In this document: positions 18,122 to 28,419 of the stretch, one piece after another
Layout: each line of letters starts with the position of its first letter
Position numbering within the stretch: the first letter of the stretch is position 1
Notes under the pieces: generated by a model
Told to the model about the DNA's origin: nothing
What the model saw: the letters and a program-made list of their open reading frames with translations, nothing else
Database searches by the model: none
Made by a program: the position numbers and the translations under genes
DNA from: Ruminococcus sp.
Lineage (GTDB): Bacteria > Bacillota > Clostridia > Oscillospirales > Ruminococcaceae
DNA: 55,728 nucleotides
Direction of reading: 5' to 3'
Assembly (NCBI GenBank): GCA_021200215.1
Contig: JAJQGV010000145.1
Span: 1 to 55,728, forward strand

Positions 18122-18931
18122 TTAGCCTTTAAAAGGTATTCTAACCCTATATTCTATATAGTCATCGCATTGATATTTGGAACTATTTGCCTTAATTCCA
18201 GCTGATTGCATATTCTCAATGGCTCTAGTTATGGTATTCATAAAGAATCTAACATCAGAAAATGACTTGGTGCGTCGTCTACTGGCACTCTTTAGATTAT
18301 TTTCTTCTATGTACTCAAGTACTGCCTTTTCAGTTTTTTCGACGTTTAAACGTTCCTTAACAACCTTATTAATTATGTTTAGTCTATCCTCTGGTGCAGA
18401 TAGTTTTAACAACGCTCTTGCGTGTCTTTCAGTCAATCCAAACTTGACTATAACCATGCGTTCTTCTTCAGTAAGCTTAAGTAATCTAAGCTTGTTTGCA
18501 ATGGTGCTTTGAGCCTTACCTAACTTTAAAGCAGTATCTTCTTGAGTTAATCCATAGCTTTTAATAAGTTTATCTATGGCTATAGCCTCATCGAAAAAGG
18601 ATAAATCTTTGTGCTGAATGTTCTCCACTAGGTTTAATATTGCACTATTTTTGCTATTTATTTCTAAAATAATGCAAGGTACAAAATCCAATCCTGCAAC
18701 TTTAGATGCTCTTAATCTTCTTTCACCCGCAATAACTTCGTAACCGTCATCAACTTTTCTAACGGTCAAGGGCTGTAAAATACCGTTTTGACGAATACTA
18801 TCAGCTAGTGCTGAAATATCTATATAATCGAACTCAGTTCTAGCCTGTTCACTATTAGGGTGAACCTCATCAATAGGAATCTGTACAACCTTTCCTATCT
18901 GTTTCTCTTTTAGATTTAAAAATGCTGTCAT
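18122..18931 (-). CDS. noc: Noc-like ParB paralogue (nucleoid occlusion protein)
   Basis: IAGERRLRA box, HTH LTQEDTALKLGKAQSTIANKLRLL, Noc-type C-terminus (DVRFFMNTITRAIENMQSAGIKA...YRVRIP), position directly after rsmG. Confidence 0.8.
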   Translation of the reverse strand: MTAFLNLKEKQIGKVVQIPIDEVHPNSEQARTEFDYIDISALADSIRQNGILQPLTVRKVDDGYEVIAGERRLRASKVAGLDFVPCIILEINSKNSAILNLVENIQHKDLSFFDEAIAIDKLIKSYGLTQEDTALKLGKAQSTIANKLRLLKLTEEERMVIVKFGLTERHARALLKLSAPEDRLNIINKVVKERLNVEKTEKAVLEYIEENNLKSASRRRTKSFSDVRFFMNTITRAIENMQSAGIKANSSKYQCDDYIEYRVRIPFKG

Positions 18932-19185
18932 AATAAAACAGCTCCTTTCTTCAGTTTTATATTAGCTTGTACTCTTGTACGATAGTTAAATTATACAATA
19001 TTTAGGAAATTTTTTCCATAATAAAATTTCTACAAAATTCCCTATATTTCCACATATTTCGACATTATATGAGCAATTTAAAATATTTCCATTCTATTTC
19101 CTTAGCAAAATAGGTCTAACCTTGCGATATATTTTTTCATAAATTCGGAAATTTTATCAATTTTAAAACTTTAAGGCATAAAAAT

Positions 19186-19211
19186 ATCGGATAGTTAGAA
19201 AACTATCCGAT
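19186..19211 (-). terminator. Terminator hairpin after rsmG
   Basis: Stem ATCGGATAGTT/AACTATCCGAT with a 4-nt loop. Confidence 0.65.
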
Positions 19212-19220
19212 TGATTGGCT

Positions 19221-19922
19221 CTATAACGGTTTAGACTTTATCTTTCCACTAATTCTAGGATACTTTTTAGGAGTATTACATACCTTTTCAATTACAACGA
19301 TACGCCTATTATCTTCTGGTGGAATAGTATAATTAATATCGTTTATTATCTTTGCACCTAGTATTTTAATAGCATTGTTAGAAGAGTTTATATCTTCTGA
19401 TAAGCCTTTCATGGCTATAAATGAACCCCCAACTTTAACGAACGGGATACAATATTCACTTAAAACTTGCAAGTTTGCAACGGCTCTAGCAGTAGCAAAA
19501 TCAAATTTTTCACGATAACAAACATCTTTGCCAAAATCCTCAGCACGTCCATGAATGCACTCTGCATCGATATTTAACCTACTGCAAAGGCTTTCAAGAA
19601 AGACTATTCGTTTATTTAGACTATCTAATAGAGTAAGTTTAATATCTGGACGATAGAGTTTCATAGGTATCGATGGAAACCCTGCACCCGTACCGACATC
19701 TATTAAGGTTGAATTTAGTGGAATATCCACATATATTAGCGGTATTAGACTATCTAAAAAGTGCTTAATGTATATCTCTCTATGCTCTGTGATTGCCGTT
19801 AGATTCACCTTTTTATTATATTCTACTAGATATTCTGCATAGATTTCTAACTTACTATATAGTTCTTCAGTAATATCTAAATTATAGTATGAACCTATCT
19901 TTTTGAACTCTTTAAAATTCAT
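19221..19922 (-). CDS. rsmG: 16S rRNA (guanine527-N7)-methyltransferase RsmG (GidB)
   Basis: SAM motif LIDVGTGAGFPSIP and conserved gene order after mnmG. Confidence 0.93.
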   Translation of the reverse strand: MNFKEFKKIGSYYNLDITEELYSKLEIYAEYLVEYNKKVNLTAITEHREIYIKHFLDSLIPLIYVDIPLNSTLIDVGTGAGFPSIPMKLYRPDIKLTLLDSLNKRIVFLESLCSRLNIDAECIHGRAEDFGKDVCYREKFDFATARAVANLQVLSEYCIPFVKVGGSFIAMKGLSEDINSSNNAIKILGAKIINDINYTIPPEDNRRIVVIEKVCNTPKKYPRISGKIKSKPL

Positions 19923-19931
19923 ATTAACCCC

Positions 19932-21806
19932 CTAGGTGTTATTCTGTTGCAAATATATTACCAATACTGAAATATCAGCAGGGGATACTCCACTAATCCT
20001 TGAGGCTTGTCCTATACTTATAGGTTTAATCTTATTAAGTTTTTCTATAGCCTCTAAGCGTAATCCCTTAATTTGAGAGTAGTCTAAATCTTTAGATAGT
20101 GGCTTACTTTCTAACTTTCTCATCTGTTCAACTAGAGCAAGTTGTTTAGTAATATATCCATCATACTCAATTTGAATCTCTGCTTGTTCCCAAACCTCTC
20201 TAGGCAAGTCTGGACGAGTTACATCAAAGGTTTTAAGCTTTTCATATGAAAGTTGTGGTCTTCGAATTAAATCAGCCATCTTGCAGCCACTAGACATTGG
20301 AGCAGTACCATTTTCGATTAAAAACTCATTTAACTCCTTAGATGGTGCTACATTTAGTTTTAATAATCTTTCCTTTTCAGATTTAACCATAGCTAACTTT
20401 TCTTGAAGTCTATCGTAGCGTTCTTTTGAATTTAAACCAATTTTATAGCCTATTGGAATTAATCTCTCATCGGCATTATCTTGGCGTAATATGAGCCTAT
20501 ATTCGCTCCTAGATGTCATCATTCTGTAAGGGTCTTGACAACCTTTAGTTACAAGGTCATCTATAAGCGTACCTATATAAGAACTCGCTCTATCTAAGAT
20601 TAACTGCTCCTTACCTTGAACGCCCAAACTTGCATTGATACCTGCAACCAATCCTTGAGCCGCCGCCTCTTCATAGCCTGAACTTCCATTGAACTGACCC
20701 GCACCATACAAACCTTTAAGTTGTTTAAACTCAAGAGTTGGTAACATCTCAGTAGGGTCACAGCAATCGTATTCTATAGCATAGGCAGGACGCATAATCT
20801 CAACGTTTTCTAAGCCTTTGATAGTCCTTAAGAAAGCAAGTTGAACATCTTCTGGCAATGATGATGACATTCCTTGCAGATAATATTCATCGGTATCTAA
20901 GCCCATAGGCTCAATAAATAGTTGATGCCTAGGTTTATCGCTAAAACGGACTATCTTATCCTCGATAGATGGACAATATCTAGGTCCAACACCTTGAATC
21001 TTTCCCGAATATAACGGCGAACGGTGTAGATTATCCAAAATAACCTTGTGAGTATCTGCATTAGTATAGGATACATAACAACTTACTTGATTCTTCATCT
21101 TAGATTGGTCAGTTTCAAAAGAGAATGGTACAATGTAATCATCACCATCTTGACGTTCTAAAATATCAAAGTTGATACTTCTTCTATGTACCCTGCAAGG
21201 CGTACCCGTCTTAAATCTTCGTATGGTGATACCGTTCTTCTTTAAACTCTCAGATAACAAATTTGCTGGATTAGTATTATCTGGGCCACTTTCATAGTTA
21301 CGCTCGCCAACATGGATTTTACCCTTTAAGTACGTTCCAGTAGCTATTACTACAGCTTTAACTCTGTACATAGCACCTAACTTAGTAACTACTCCAGTAA
21401 CCTTGCCGTTTTCGGCTAATATTTCCGATATTTCAGCCTGTTTTATATCCAAATTTTCTTGCATTTCGCATAGATGTTTCATATAGTTATGATACTTAAC
21501 TCTATCGGCTTGAACCCTTAAACTATGCACCGCTGGGCCTTTTCCACGGTTTAACATTCTTGATTGTATAAAACACTCATCAGCACCTTTGCCCATAACT
21601 CCACCTAGAGCATCAATCTCTCTAACTAGATGTCCTTTAGCAGTACCTCCAATAGATGGATTGCATGGCATATTTGAAATTTGGTCTAATGATATGGTAA
21701 ACATTACAGTCTTACAACCCAATCTAGCAGATGCTATACTTGCTTCAACACCTGCATGACCTCCACCTATTATGGCGACGTCATAAGAACCCATTTCATA
21801 ATTCAT
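19932..21806 (-). CDS. mnmG: tRNA uridine 5-carboxymethylaminomethyl modification enzyme MnmG (GidA)
   Basis: FAD motif [29 protein letters not shown] at 21806 follows AAGAGGTG. Confidence 0.97.
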   Translation of the reverse strand: MNYEMGSYDVAIIGGGHAGVEASIASARLGCKTVMFTISLDQISNMPCNPSIGGTAKGHLVREIDALGGVMGKGADECFIQSRMLNRGKGPAVHSLRVQADRVKYHNYMKHLCEMQENLDIKQAEISEILAENGKVTGVVTKLGAMYRVKAVVIATGTYLKGKIHVGERNYESGPDNTNPANLLSESLKKNGITIRRFKTGTPCRVHRRSINFDILERQDGDDYIVPFSFETDQSKMKNQVSCYVSYTNADTHKVILDNLHRSPLYSGKIQGVGPRYCPSIEDKIVRFSDKPRHQLFIEPMGLDTDEYYLQGMSSSLPEDVQLAFLRTIKGLENVEIMRPAYAIEYDCCDPTEMLPTLEFKQLKGLYGAGQFNGSSGYEEAAAQGLVAGINASLGVQGKEQLILDRASSYIGTLIDDLVTKGCQDPYRMMTSRSEYRLILRQDNADERLIPIGYKIGLNSKERYDRLQEKLAMVKSEKERLLKLNVAPSKELNEFLIENGTAPMSSGCKMADLIRRPQLSYEKLKTFDVTRPDLPREVWEQAEIQIEYDGYITKQLALVEQMRKLESKPLSKDLDYSQIKGLRLEAIEKLNKIKPISIGQASRISGVSPADISVLVIYLQQNNT

Positions 21807-21826
21807 AAAAAGCACCTCTTAAAAAT

Positions 21827-23185
21827 CTATTTACCCACGCAGAAACGAGAGAATATCTCATTAACTACAGTTTCTGATACGCTTTCGCCTGTAAGCTCTA
21901 GCAGATAGCTCAAAGCCTCATCAAAATCGATGGTAATAGCATCAAGATTTAATCCCATTTCAAGCCCATGAATACAATTTTTTAACGCATCTATGCTATT
22001 ATCTATACAATTTTTTTGACGTTCATTAGCCAAAAGTCCGCTATCTATGTCGATATTCTCAAGTAAGAACATTTCGTTTAGAGTATTAGTTAAGAAGTCT
22101 AAACCTATTAAATTCTTAGCAGATACCTCAATAGCATACTTAAAACGTTGTTGAATAGTATCAAATATGCCATCTATAGCAATATCTGTCTTGTTTACTA
22201 CTGCTATGGTATTCTTATCCTTAACCGATTGAATCAAATCAAAGTCGTTACTATCTAGGGGAGTAGAGCCATCGAACATGGCTATGATTAAATCTGCCTC
22301 ATCAAGACGCTTTTTAGCGATATCTACGCCCATCTTTTCCACAATATCAGAAGTATCTCTAATACCTGCGGTATCGGATAGTCTTAAAGTTAAATCACCT
22401 ATCTTGACGGTTTCCTCAATAACATCTCTAGTAGTACCAGCGATATCGGTAACTATACTTCTTTCAAAACCACTTAAACAGTTCATTAGAGTTGATTTTC
22501 CAACGTTAGGCTTTCCAACTATTACCGTATTTATTCCCTCTCGGATAATGCGTCCATCATCGTAACTAAAAGAAATATTTTCTAAAGTACTTAATATCTT
22601 TTTCGTTTGTGATAGTACTTCCATAGGGTTTACCATAGGTACATCATCTTCGGGATAGTCTGCCCATGCAGATAAATCACCTAATATTGAAGTAATCTGT
22701 TTAGATATTTCTTTTACTTTCTTAAAGTTAGCACCCTCTCTAAGTGAGTTAGCATACTTTAATTGGCTTTTTCCATCTGCTGAGATTATGTTAATAACGT
22801 TTTCTGCTTGGTTTAAATCCATCTTACCGTTTAAGAATGCTCTCTTTGTAAACTCACCTGCTTCAGCTAGACGTACACCCTTAGATAAAATTAATCTTAA
22901 AATCTGCTTAGTTACAAACTTTCCACCATGACATGAGATTTCTACAACATCTTCACCAGTATAGCTCTTTGGACTTTTAAACACTGATAATACTACATCA
23001 TCAATAAGTTGGTTATTATCATCATAGATTTTACCATACGCACAAGTATAACCCTCCATATTAACAGGTTTTTTAACACCTTTAAAGATGCTATTCGCTA
23101 CGGATATTGCACTTTCACCCGATATTCTTATTACTGAAATTCCCCCAATAGCATTAGGCGTGGCAATTGCACTAATAGTTGACAT
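21827..23185 (-). CDS. mnmE: tRNA modification GTPase MnmE (TrmE)
   Basis: G1 GKPNVGKST, G3 DTAGIR, NKTD, C-terminal FCVGK. ATG at 23185 follows AGAGGTGA. Confidence 0.97.
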   Translation of the reverse strand: MSTISAIATPNAIGGISVIRISGESAISVANSIFKGVKKPVNMEGYTCAYGKIYDDNNQLIDDVVLSVFKSPKSYTGEDVVEISCHGGKFVTKQILRLILSKGVRLAEAGEFTKRAFLNGKMDLNQAENVINIISADGKSQLKYANSLREGANFKKVKEISKQITSILGDLSAWADYPEDDVPMVNPMEVLSQTKKILSTLENISFSYDDGRIIREGINTVIVGKPNVGKSTLMNCLSGFERSIVTDIAGTTRDVIEETVKIGDLTLRLSDTAGIRDTSDIVEKMGVDIAKKRLDEADLIIAMFDGSTPLDSNDFDLIQSVKDKNTIAVVNKTDIAIDGIFDTIQQRFKYAIEVSAKNLIGLDFLTNTLNEMFLLENIDIDSGLLANERQKNCIDNSIDALKNCIHGLEMGLNLDAITIDFDEALSYLLELTGESVSETVVNEIFSRFCVGK

Positions 23186-23210
23186 TTTAATATTCACCTC
23201 TACAAATTAA

Positions 23211-23235
23211 GCGGATAGTTAAGTTAGCTATCCGC
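23211..23235 (-). terminator. Hairpin between jag and mnmE
   Basis: Stem GCGGATAG/CTATCCGC with a 9-nt loop. Confidence 0.5.
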
Positions 23236-23259
23236 CTTTGATAATATTTAATCTACTAA

Positions 23260-24345
23260 CTAAATCTCAATCTTACCATAAAGACCCTCTTTAAGATTAT
23301 CCTCTGGCTTAGGCTTGCGATAATCCTTTTCAAAAGAAGTCTTTAAATCAAGTGAACGTGGTTGATAGTTCTTCTTCTTACCATTGTTATTTCCATGATA
23401 TTTATTATTATTTCCACCACGCTTACCACGGTTATTATATCCGCCTTTACGATGGTTATTGTTACTATACTTCTTAGGGTTCTTACTGGAAATGATAACC
23501 TTACGAAAAGGCTCTTCTCCTACTGAACGTGATGTAACTCCATCAATCTCAGAGATTGTAGAGTGGATAATTCTTCTTTCATATGGGTTCATAGGCTCTA
23601 ATGATTGTGAACGTCCAGTCCTTAGAACGTTCTTAGAAACTTTCTTAGCTAACTCTTGAAGTATAACCTTTCTCTTAGCTCTATAGCCACAACTATCAAG
23701 AGTGATTCTGTAATAGCTTTTTTCACCCTTATTGCATATCATAGCGGATAGATACTGTAAGGCATCTAAAGTTTCTCCACGCTTACCTATTATAGTTCCT
23801 GTACCATCACCCTTAAAGTCAATGATAGCACCATTTTCAGTCTGTATAATCTCACTAGAAGTATCGATTTCCATCTTTTCTAGTATAGATGCCACATATC
23901 GTTGAGCCATCTTAGCTTTCTCTAAAATCTCTTCTGGAGTAGGAACGTTTTTAGACTCAACATCTGAACTAGTATTCTCAACTAAAGGAGTTGTACTTTG
24001 AACTTCTATATCTTTAACATCTTGAACAGATTGAACTTCTTCTACAGGAACGACATCTTCAACGATAGTTTCAGAAACTGCTTCCTCTTGTTGAACGATA
24101 ACAGAATCTTCTGTAAGTGTAGAAGTTTCCACAACGGTTTCAACAGTTTCAACAGTTTCAACAGTTTCAACCGATTCAGCATTATAAGTAGCTCTAACCT
24201 TATAATCACCTTTCAATCTACCAAATAGAGTCTTTTTAGGCTCTTCAATAACTTCAAAGTTTATTAAATCTTGCGATACTCCAAAACTTTGTACTGCTAA
24301 CTCTTTAACCTCGTCAAGAGTCTTAGCGGAAAATACTTCCATCAT
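23260..24345 (-). CDS. jag: Jag/KhpB-type RNA-binding protein (Jag_N, KH, R3H) with an expanded acidic linker and a basic G/N/K-rich tail
   Basis: KH-like GDGTGTIIGKRGETLDALQYL, R3H region LEPMNPYERRIIHSTI, position after yidC. Confidence 0.9.
   Translation of the reverse strand: MMEVFSAKTLDEVKELAVQSFGVSQDLINFEVIEEPKKTLFGRLKGDYKVRATYNAESVETVETVETVETVVETSTLTEDSVIVQQEEAVSETIVEDVVPVEEVQSVQDVKDIEVQSTTPLVENTSSDVESKNVPTPEEILEKAKMAQRYVASILEKMEIDTSSEIIQTENGAIIDFKGDGTGTIIGKRGETLDALQYLSAMICNKGEKSYYRITLDSCGYRAKRKVILQELAKKVSKNVLRTGRSQSLEPMNPYERRIIHSTISEIDGVTSRSVGEEPFRKVIISSKNPKKYSNNNHRKGGYNNRGKRGGNNNKYHGNNNGKKKNYQPRSLDLKTSFEKDYRKPKPEDNLKEGLYGKIEI
24125..24172. repeat. Intragenic GTTTCCACA plus 4x tandem GTTTCAACA (encodes (VET)4 in Jag)
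   Basis: AGAAGTTTCCACAacgGTTTCAACAGTTTCAACAGTTTCAACAGTTTCAACc. The first 13 nt are identical to the oriC segment at 28481-28493. Confidence 0.85.
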
Positions 24346-24368
24346 AATAAAAATCCCCTTTCTTTTTG

Positions 24369-25499
24369 TTAATCATCTGTATATTCGTCACCATACTTTT
24401 CAGCCATACGCTTTCTAGCCTCTTTAATAATCTGCTTATTAAGTTCATTCTGTTCAGAACGAGATAGTTTTTCTTTTTGGTCATATGTTTGATATGTCTT
24501 AGACTTACCATCTCCACTTCCATTTGCCTCGTTCATAGCTTTCTGTTGTTCAACCAACTTATCCATAAACGATTGCTTATTGTTCCTTCTATTACTTTGT
24601 ACCTTTTCACGTTCTTTTTCTAAAACCTTTAAAGAACGTTCTTCGTTAAAATAGTTATTTAAGAATATGGACTGTACCAAAGAGAATAATGAAGATATTG
24701 CCCAATAGAATCCTACACCAGCAGGGAAACTATAAGCTATCCAAATAGAGAATATAGGCATAATATATAACATTGCATTCATACTACCCATAGATTGTGA
24801 CATTTCAGGATTCTTCTGTTTCTGTTTGTGCTGGGTATATATGGTAAGTATTAATTGAAATACACCCGATAGTATAGGTATTAGTAGCAAACATACCGAT
24901 TGAACATTCCACACATCTGGGTGTATGGTTGGTGTTTGACCTAAATCTAGCAAACCAAATAGAGTGTTATTAAAGTTTCCAACTGCCTCAACTAAATCTT
25001 GTGGAAAAAGTTCTGGATTAGTCTTTATATAACTTAATATTGAAAGTTCTGGACGTGATTCAAAGTTACTTGGTGCTTTAATACCACTAGTAGTAAAGTA
25101 TTCGGATAGAATATCCATAGCAGTTTGAATAGTATCACTGCTAAGCCTTAATATGTGTGTTAAGGGTCTATACACTACATCTAATATGCCATATATTATT
25201 GGAAGTTGTATTAGCAATGGCAAACAACTAGCCATTGGATTTATTCCCGCCTCAGAGTATAACTTCATCTGTTCTTCTTGGAACTTCTGTTGATTATTAG
25301 CATAACGCTTTTTTAACTTTTCAAGCTGTGGTGCTAGTGCCTGTTGTTTAACCATACCCTTTTGTTGCTTAAAGTATATAGGGAATAACAAGAGTTTTAC
25401 TAACACGGTAAAAATAATCAAAGCAAGACCATAGTCTTTAACCAACAAGTATATGCCATACATTATGAAACCTAATGGATAGCCTAATATTTTACTCAA
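24369..25499 (-). CDS. yidC: Membrane protein insertase YidC/SpoIIIJ
   Basis: 60-kDa inner-membrane insertase core (MKLYSEAGINPMASCLPLLIQLPI), basic C-terminal tail. TTG start after GGAGG. Confidence 0.93.
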   Translation of the reverse strand: MSKILGYPLGFIMYGIYLLVKDYGLALIIFTVLVKLLLFPIYFKQQKGMVKQQALAPQLEKLKKRYANNQQKFQEEQMKLYSEAGINPMASCLPLLIQLPIIYGILDVVYRPLTHILRLSSDTIQTAMDILSEYFTTSGIKAPSNFESRPELSILSYIKTNPELFPQDLVEAVGNFNNTLFGLLDLGQTPTIHPDVWNVQSVCLLLIPILSGVFQLILTIYTQHKQKQKNPEMSQSMGSMNAMLYIMPIFSIWIAYSFPAGVGFYWAISSLFSLVQSIFLNNYFNEERSLKVLEKEREKVQSNRRNNKQSFMDKLVEQQKAMNEANGSGDGKSKTYQTYDQKEKLSRSEQNELNKQIIKEARKRMAEKYGDEYTDD

Positions 25500-25568
25500 A
25501 ACAATTCCTCCAATTCTCTTTATGTTCTACATATATATTAAAAAACATCACTATATCGATATTTTAAA

Positions 25569-25847
25569 CTACTTAATATTGGCACTCTTACGAGTCTTTA
25601 AGAGATAAAGTTCAAACCTATGTGGAACGTAATCCACACCACCATTAGAGAAAGGATTACACCTTAAGATTCTCCAAATGGCTAATATAGAACCTCTAAC
25701 GATACCAAAACGTTCTATCGACGTAATAGCGTAACTAGAACAGGTTGGATAGTATTTACACACTGGAGGTATCAATGGAGATATAAACCTTTTATATAAC
25801 CTAATTGGCAATATAAAGATTCCTTTTAATAGATTAGTTATTAGCAT
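25569..25847 (-). CDS. yidD: Membrane protein insertion efficiency factor YidD
   Basis: [23 protein letters not shown]...[13 protein letters not shown]. Confidence 0.92.
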   Translation of the reverse strand: MLITNLLKGIFILPIRLYKRFISPLIPPVCKYYPTCSSYAITSIERFGIVRGSILAIWRILRCNPFSNGGVDYVPHRFELYLLKTRKSANIK

Positions 25848-26184
25848 CTTTCACAAAATCCTTTATGATACAATCTTTAAGGAACTTACTAACATCAGTA
25901 GATTTAACTTTACCATTCCCAGTACAACCACGGGCAACTATAACAAAGTCATAACCTATGGGAAAGTTTAGCTCATTTTCACGGTAGGCTTGTCTAATTA
26001 TGCGTTTTGCTCTATTACGATGCACTGCATTACCGACCTTCTTACCAGCAGTTATACCTAACCTATTGTATGGTAAACCATTCTTCTTATAGTATATTAC
26101 TGCCACCTTTGAAACAATGTACTTGCCCTTTTTATAGAGAGTTAGAAAATCCCTATTATCATTTAATATCCTAGTGTAAAGCAT
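25834..26184 (-). CDS. rnpA: Ribonuclease P protein component
   Basis: Basic RnpA pattern ([16 protein letters not shown]...[18 protein letters not shown]). The ATG at 26184 is preferred to the 26220 ORF-track start. Confidence 0.9.
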   Translation of the reverse strand: MLYTRILNDNRDFLTLYKKGKYIVSKVAVIYYKKNGLPYNRLGITAGKKVGNAVHRNRAKRIIRQAYRENELNFPIGYDFVIVARGCTGNGKVKSTDVSKFLKDCIIKDFVKDANN

Positions 26185-26369
26185 AGGATTTCCGTCCCTT
26201 TCATAAAAATTAGATATCATTAGATATTATAACACGTATTTTTCTTTAGGTCAAGAAAAATATAAAAACCATTGAATATAATATATATTTAAACTCACAA
26301 ACATTAAAACATGATTAAAGTGGATATATGTACACACATAACAGTTAATATATACTTAATTTTAAACTG

Positions 26370-26406
26370 AAATAGACCGCATTCATAAAGAATAAGCGGT
26401 CTATTT
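26370..26406 (-). terminator. Hairpin between rpmH and rnpA
   Basis: Stem AAATAGACCGC/GCGGTCTATTT with a 15-nt loop. Confidence 0.5.
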
Positions 26407-26483
26407 ACAGAAAAAAAGGAAGTATATATGTTGATATATTGAAAAACCAACACATACGAGCAATAATAAAAAACTAATAAACA

Positions 26484-26618
26484 TTAGTGAGTTAATTTAG
26501 CTCTACCCTTAGCACGTCTACGAGCTAAAACCTTCTTACCGTTAGTAGTAGACATTCTCTTACGAAAACCGTGTTCTTTCTTTCTGTGAATCTTCTTAGG
26601 TTGATAAGTTCTCTTCAT
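26484..26618 (-). CDS. rpmH: 50S ribosomal protein L34 (44 aa; below the ORF-track cutoff)
   Basis: Hand translation [44 protein letters not shown], with GGAGG RBS. Confidence 0.95.
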   Translation of the reverse strand: MKRTYQPKKIHRKKEHGFRKRMSTTNGKKVLARRRAKGRAKLTH

Positions 26619-26938
26619 GATTAAAACCCTCCTTATTAAAATTTTATTGTGTGAATCACCCATCGTCTAAAACCAATGGGATTGCAGTTGACATCATTAC
26701 AATAGTTACTTTAGGGCATAATACCCCTGCAATAATACAGTATACCTTAAAGTATGCCATTCTGTCAAGTAGTTTCTAAGAAAAATTTTGAAAAATTCAA
26801 TATATTTTTTCTTAGGAGTCAAATTAAGGCTTTCAAATGTTTTTTTATGTACAAGTTGCACAAACGTTTATATGGTATATATATTGCACCAAAAAACGCT
26901 TTTTTGTGCCTTGACAACTTAATATTTACCTTAAACAC

Positions 26939-26967
26939 TTGCTTTATTTCTTATTTTATGGTATAAT
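26939..26967 (+). promoter_or_regulatory. Candidate dnaA promoter (TTGCTT-17-TATAAT, TG-extended)
   Basis: TTGCTT 26939-26944 and TGgTATAAT 26959-26967. Confidence 0.5.
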
Positions 26968-26980
26968 ATTATAGTAAGAA

Positions 26981-26998
26981 ATGCGAAAATTTTCGCAT
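26981..26998 (+). promoter_or_regulatory. Perfect 18-nt palindrome ATGCGAAAATTTTCGCAT in the dnaA leader
   Basis: Lies between the putative -10 and the dnaA RBS. Confidence 0.4.
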
Positions 26999-27024
26999 AG
27001 AATTTTTATGGGGAGGCTATAATT

Positions 27025-28377
27025 TTGAATTCTTTTGAAGAAGTGTTCGACTGCGTAAAAAAATACTGTCTTACTTCTGGCAAGATAATAGAATCGGCTT
27101 ATAACATTTGGATAGAACCTATTAGTGCCGTAGAACTAAATGGGAGCAAAGCTATACTATTCGTTCAATCAGATTTTCAAAAAGGCATTATACTACAAAA
27201 TTTTGAAAGCATACTTAAAGATGGTTTCGAAGCAACCCTTGGTTTTGCCGTCGATATTGAAATATTGACTGAAGAAAATATGAATGAACCACCAGAAAAT
27301 CTTGCAAATTCAGAAAACTATACTACTATGCAAGATATCTCGGAAAATGAAGAGTATGACTACACCTTCGATACGTTCATAGTAGGTCGTTCTAATGAGT
27401 TTGCCTATGCCGCTTGTACAGCAGTAGCTAAAGATAATAACGGCTCTACTTATAACCCACTATTTATACATGGCCCATCAGGATTGGGTAAGACACATCT
27501 AATGAACGCTATTTCTAATGAGATGAAAAAGAACAATCCAAACTTAAATATAATATACGTTACTGGCGAAACTTTCGCTAATGAACTTATAGATGCCATT
27601 CGAATGAAACGTGATACCACCATATTCCATGAAAAATACCGAAACGCCGATGTTCTACTAGTAGACGATATTCAGTTCATTGCGGGTCGTGAAAGTACTC
27701 AAGAAGAGTTCTTTCATACCTTTAACGAACTCTACAAAGAGGGCAAACAGATAGTACTTACCTCAGATAAGCCACCTAAAGATATTAAAACCCTTGAAGA
27801 ACGCATAAGAACTAGGTTTGAATCTGGTTTGATAGCTGATGTATCTACACCAGATTTTGAAACTAGAATGGCAATAATTCGTCGAAAGGCTGAGGCTTTG
27901 AACATAAATATTCCTGACGATGTATGCGAATTCATAGCTAACAGATTAAAAACTAACATACGTCAACTAGAGGGAGCTGTTAAAAAGATGACAGCTCTAC
28001 GCCACTTTGCTGGTAATACCCCCACTATGGCAACTGCTCAAAGTGTAATACGTGACATTTTAAACGATGACCAACCAGTACCCATTACCGTTGAAAAGAT
28101 TATATCTGATGTTGCCGAAATATACAACGTAACCGTAGAAGATATTAAGTCTAACAAGCGTTCTTCACAAATATCCTTAGCAAGAAAAGTAGCTATATAT
28201 GTAGTAAGAGAGATAACTCAAATGTCTTTAGTTTCCATAGGTCATGAGTTTGGAAATAGAGACCATTCCACCATAGTATACTCTATCAATAGCATAGAAG
28301 CGTCCATAAAAAAGGACAAAAATCTTAAGCAGATTGTAGACGATTGTATAAAAAATATCAAAAATTGTGCAACTTGA
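27025..28377 (+). CDS. dnaA: Chromosomal replication initiator DnaA
   Basis: AAA+ Walker A GPSGLGKTH, Walker B LLVDDIQF, domain IV DHSTIVYS. TTG start 8 nt after GGGAGG. Confidence 0.97.
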   Translation: MNSFEEVFDCVKKYCLTSGKIIESAYNIWIEPISAVELNGSKAILFVQSDFQKGIILQNFESILKDGFEATLGFAVDIEILTEENMNEPPENLANSENYTTMQDISENEEYDYTFDTFIVGRSNEFAYAACTAVAKDNNGSTYNPLFIHGPSGLGKTHLMNAISNEMKKNNPNLNIIYVTGETFANELIDAIRMKRDTTIFHEKYRNADVLLVDDIQFIAGRESTQEEFFHTFNELYKEGKQIVLTSDKPPKDIKTLEERIRTRFESGLIADVSTPDFETRMAIIRRKAEALNINIPDDVCEFIANRLKTNIRQLEGAVKKMTALRHFAGNTPTMATAQSVIRDILNDDQPVPITVEKIISDVAEIYNVTVEDIKSNKRSSQISLARKVAIYVVREITQMSLVSIGHEFGNRDHSTIVYSINSIEASIKKDKNLKQIVDDCIKNIKNCAT

Positions 28378-28419
28378 CGAAAGCACTAATTTTTATACAA
28401 TTTTGATGTTTCAAAACCA

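Noticed and set aside
18932-19185. ATTTCC-rich spacer upstream of noc as Noc-binding sites
   Set aside because: Only half-site-like fragments are present (for example AAATTCGGAAATTT) and none forms the ATTTCCCGGGAAAT palindrome. AT-rich promoter DNA is a sufficient explanation.
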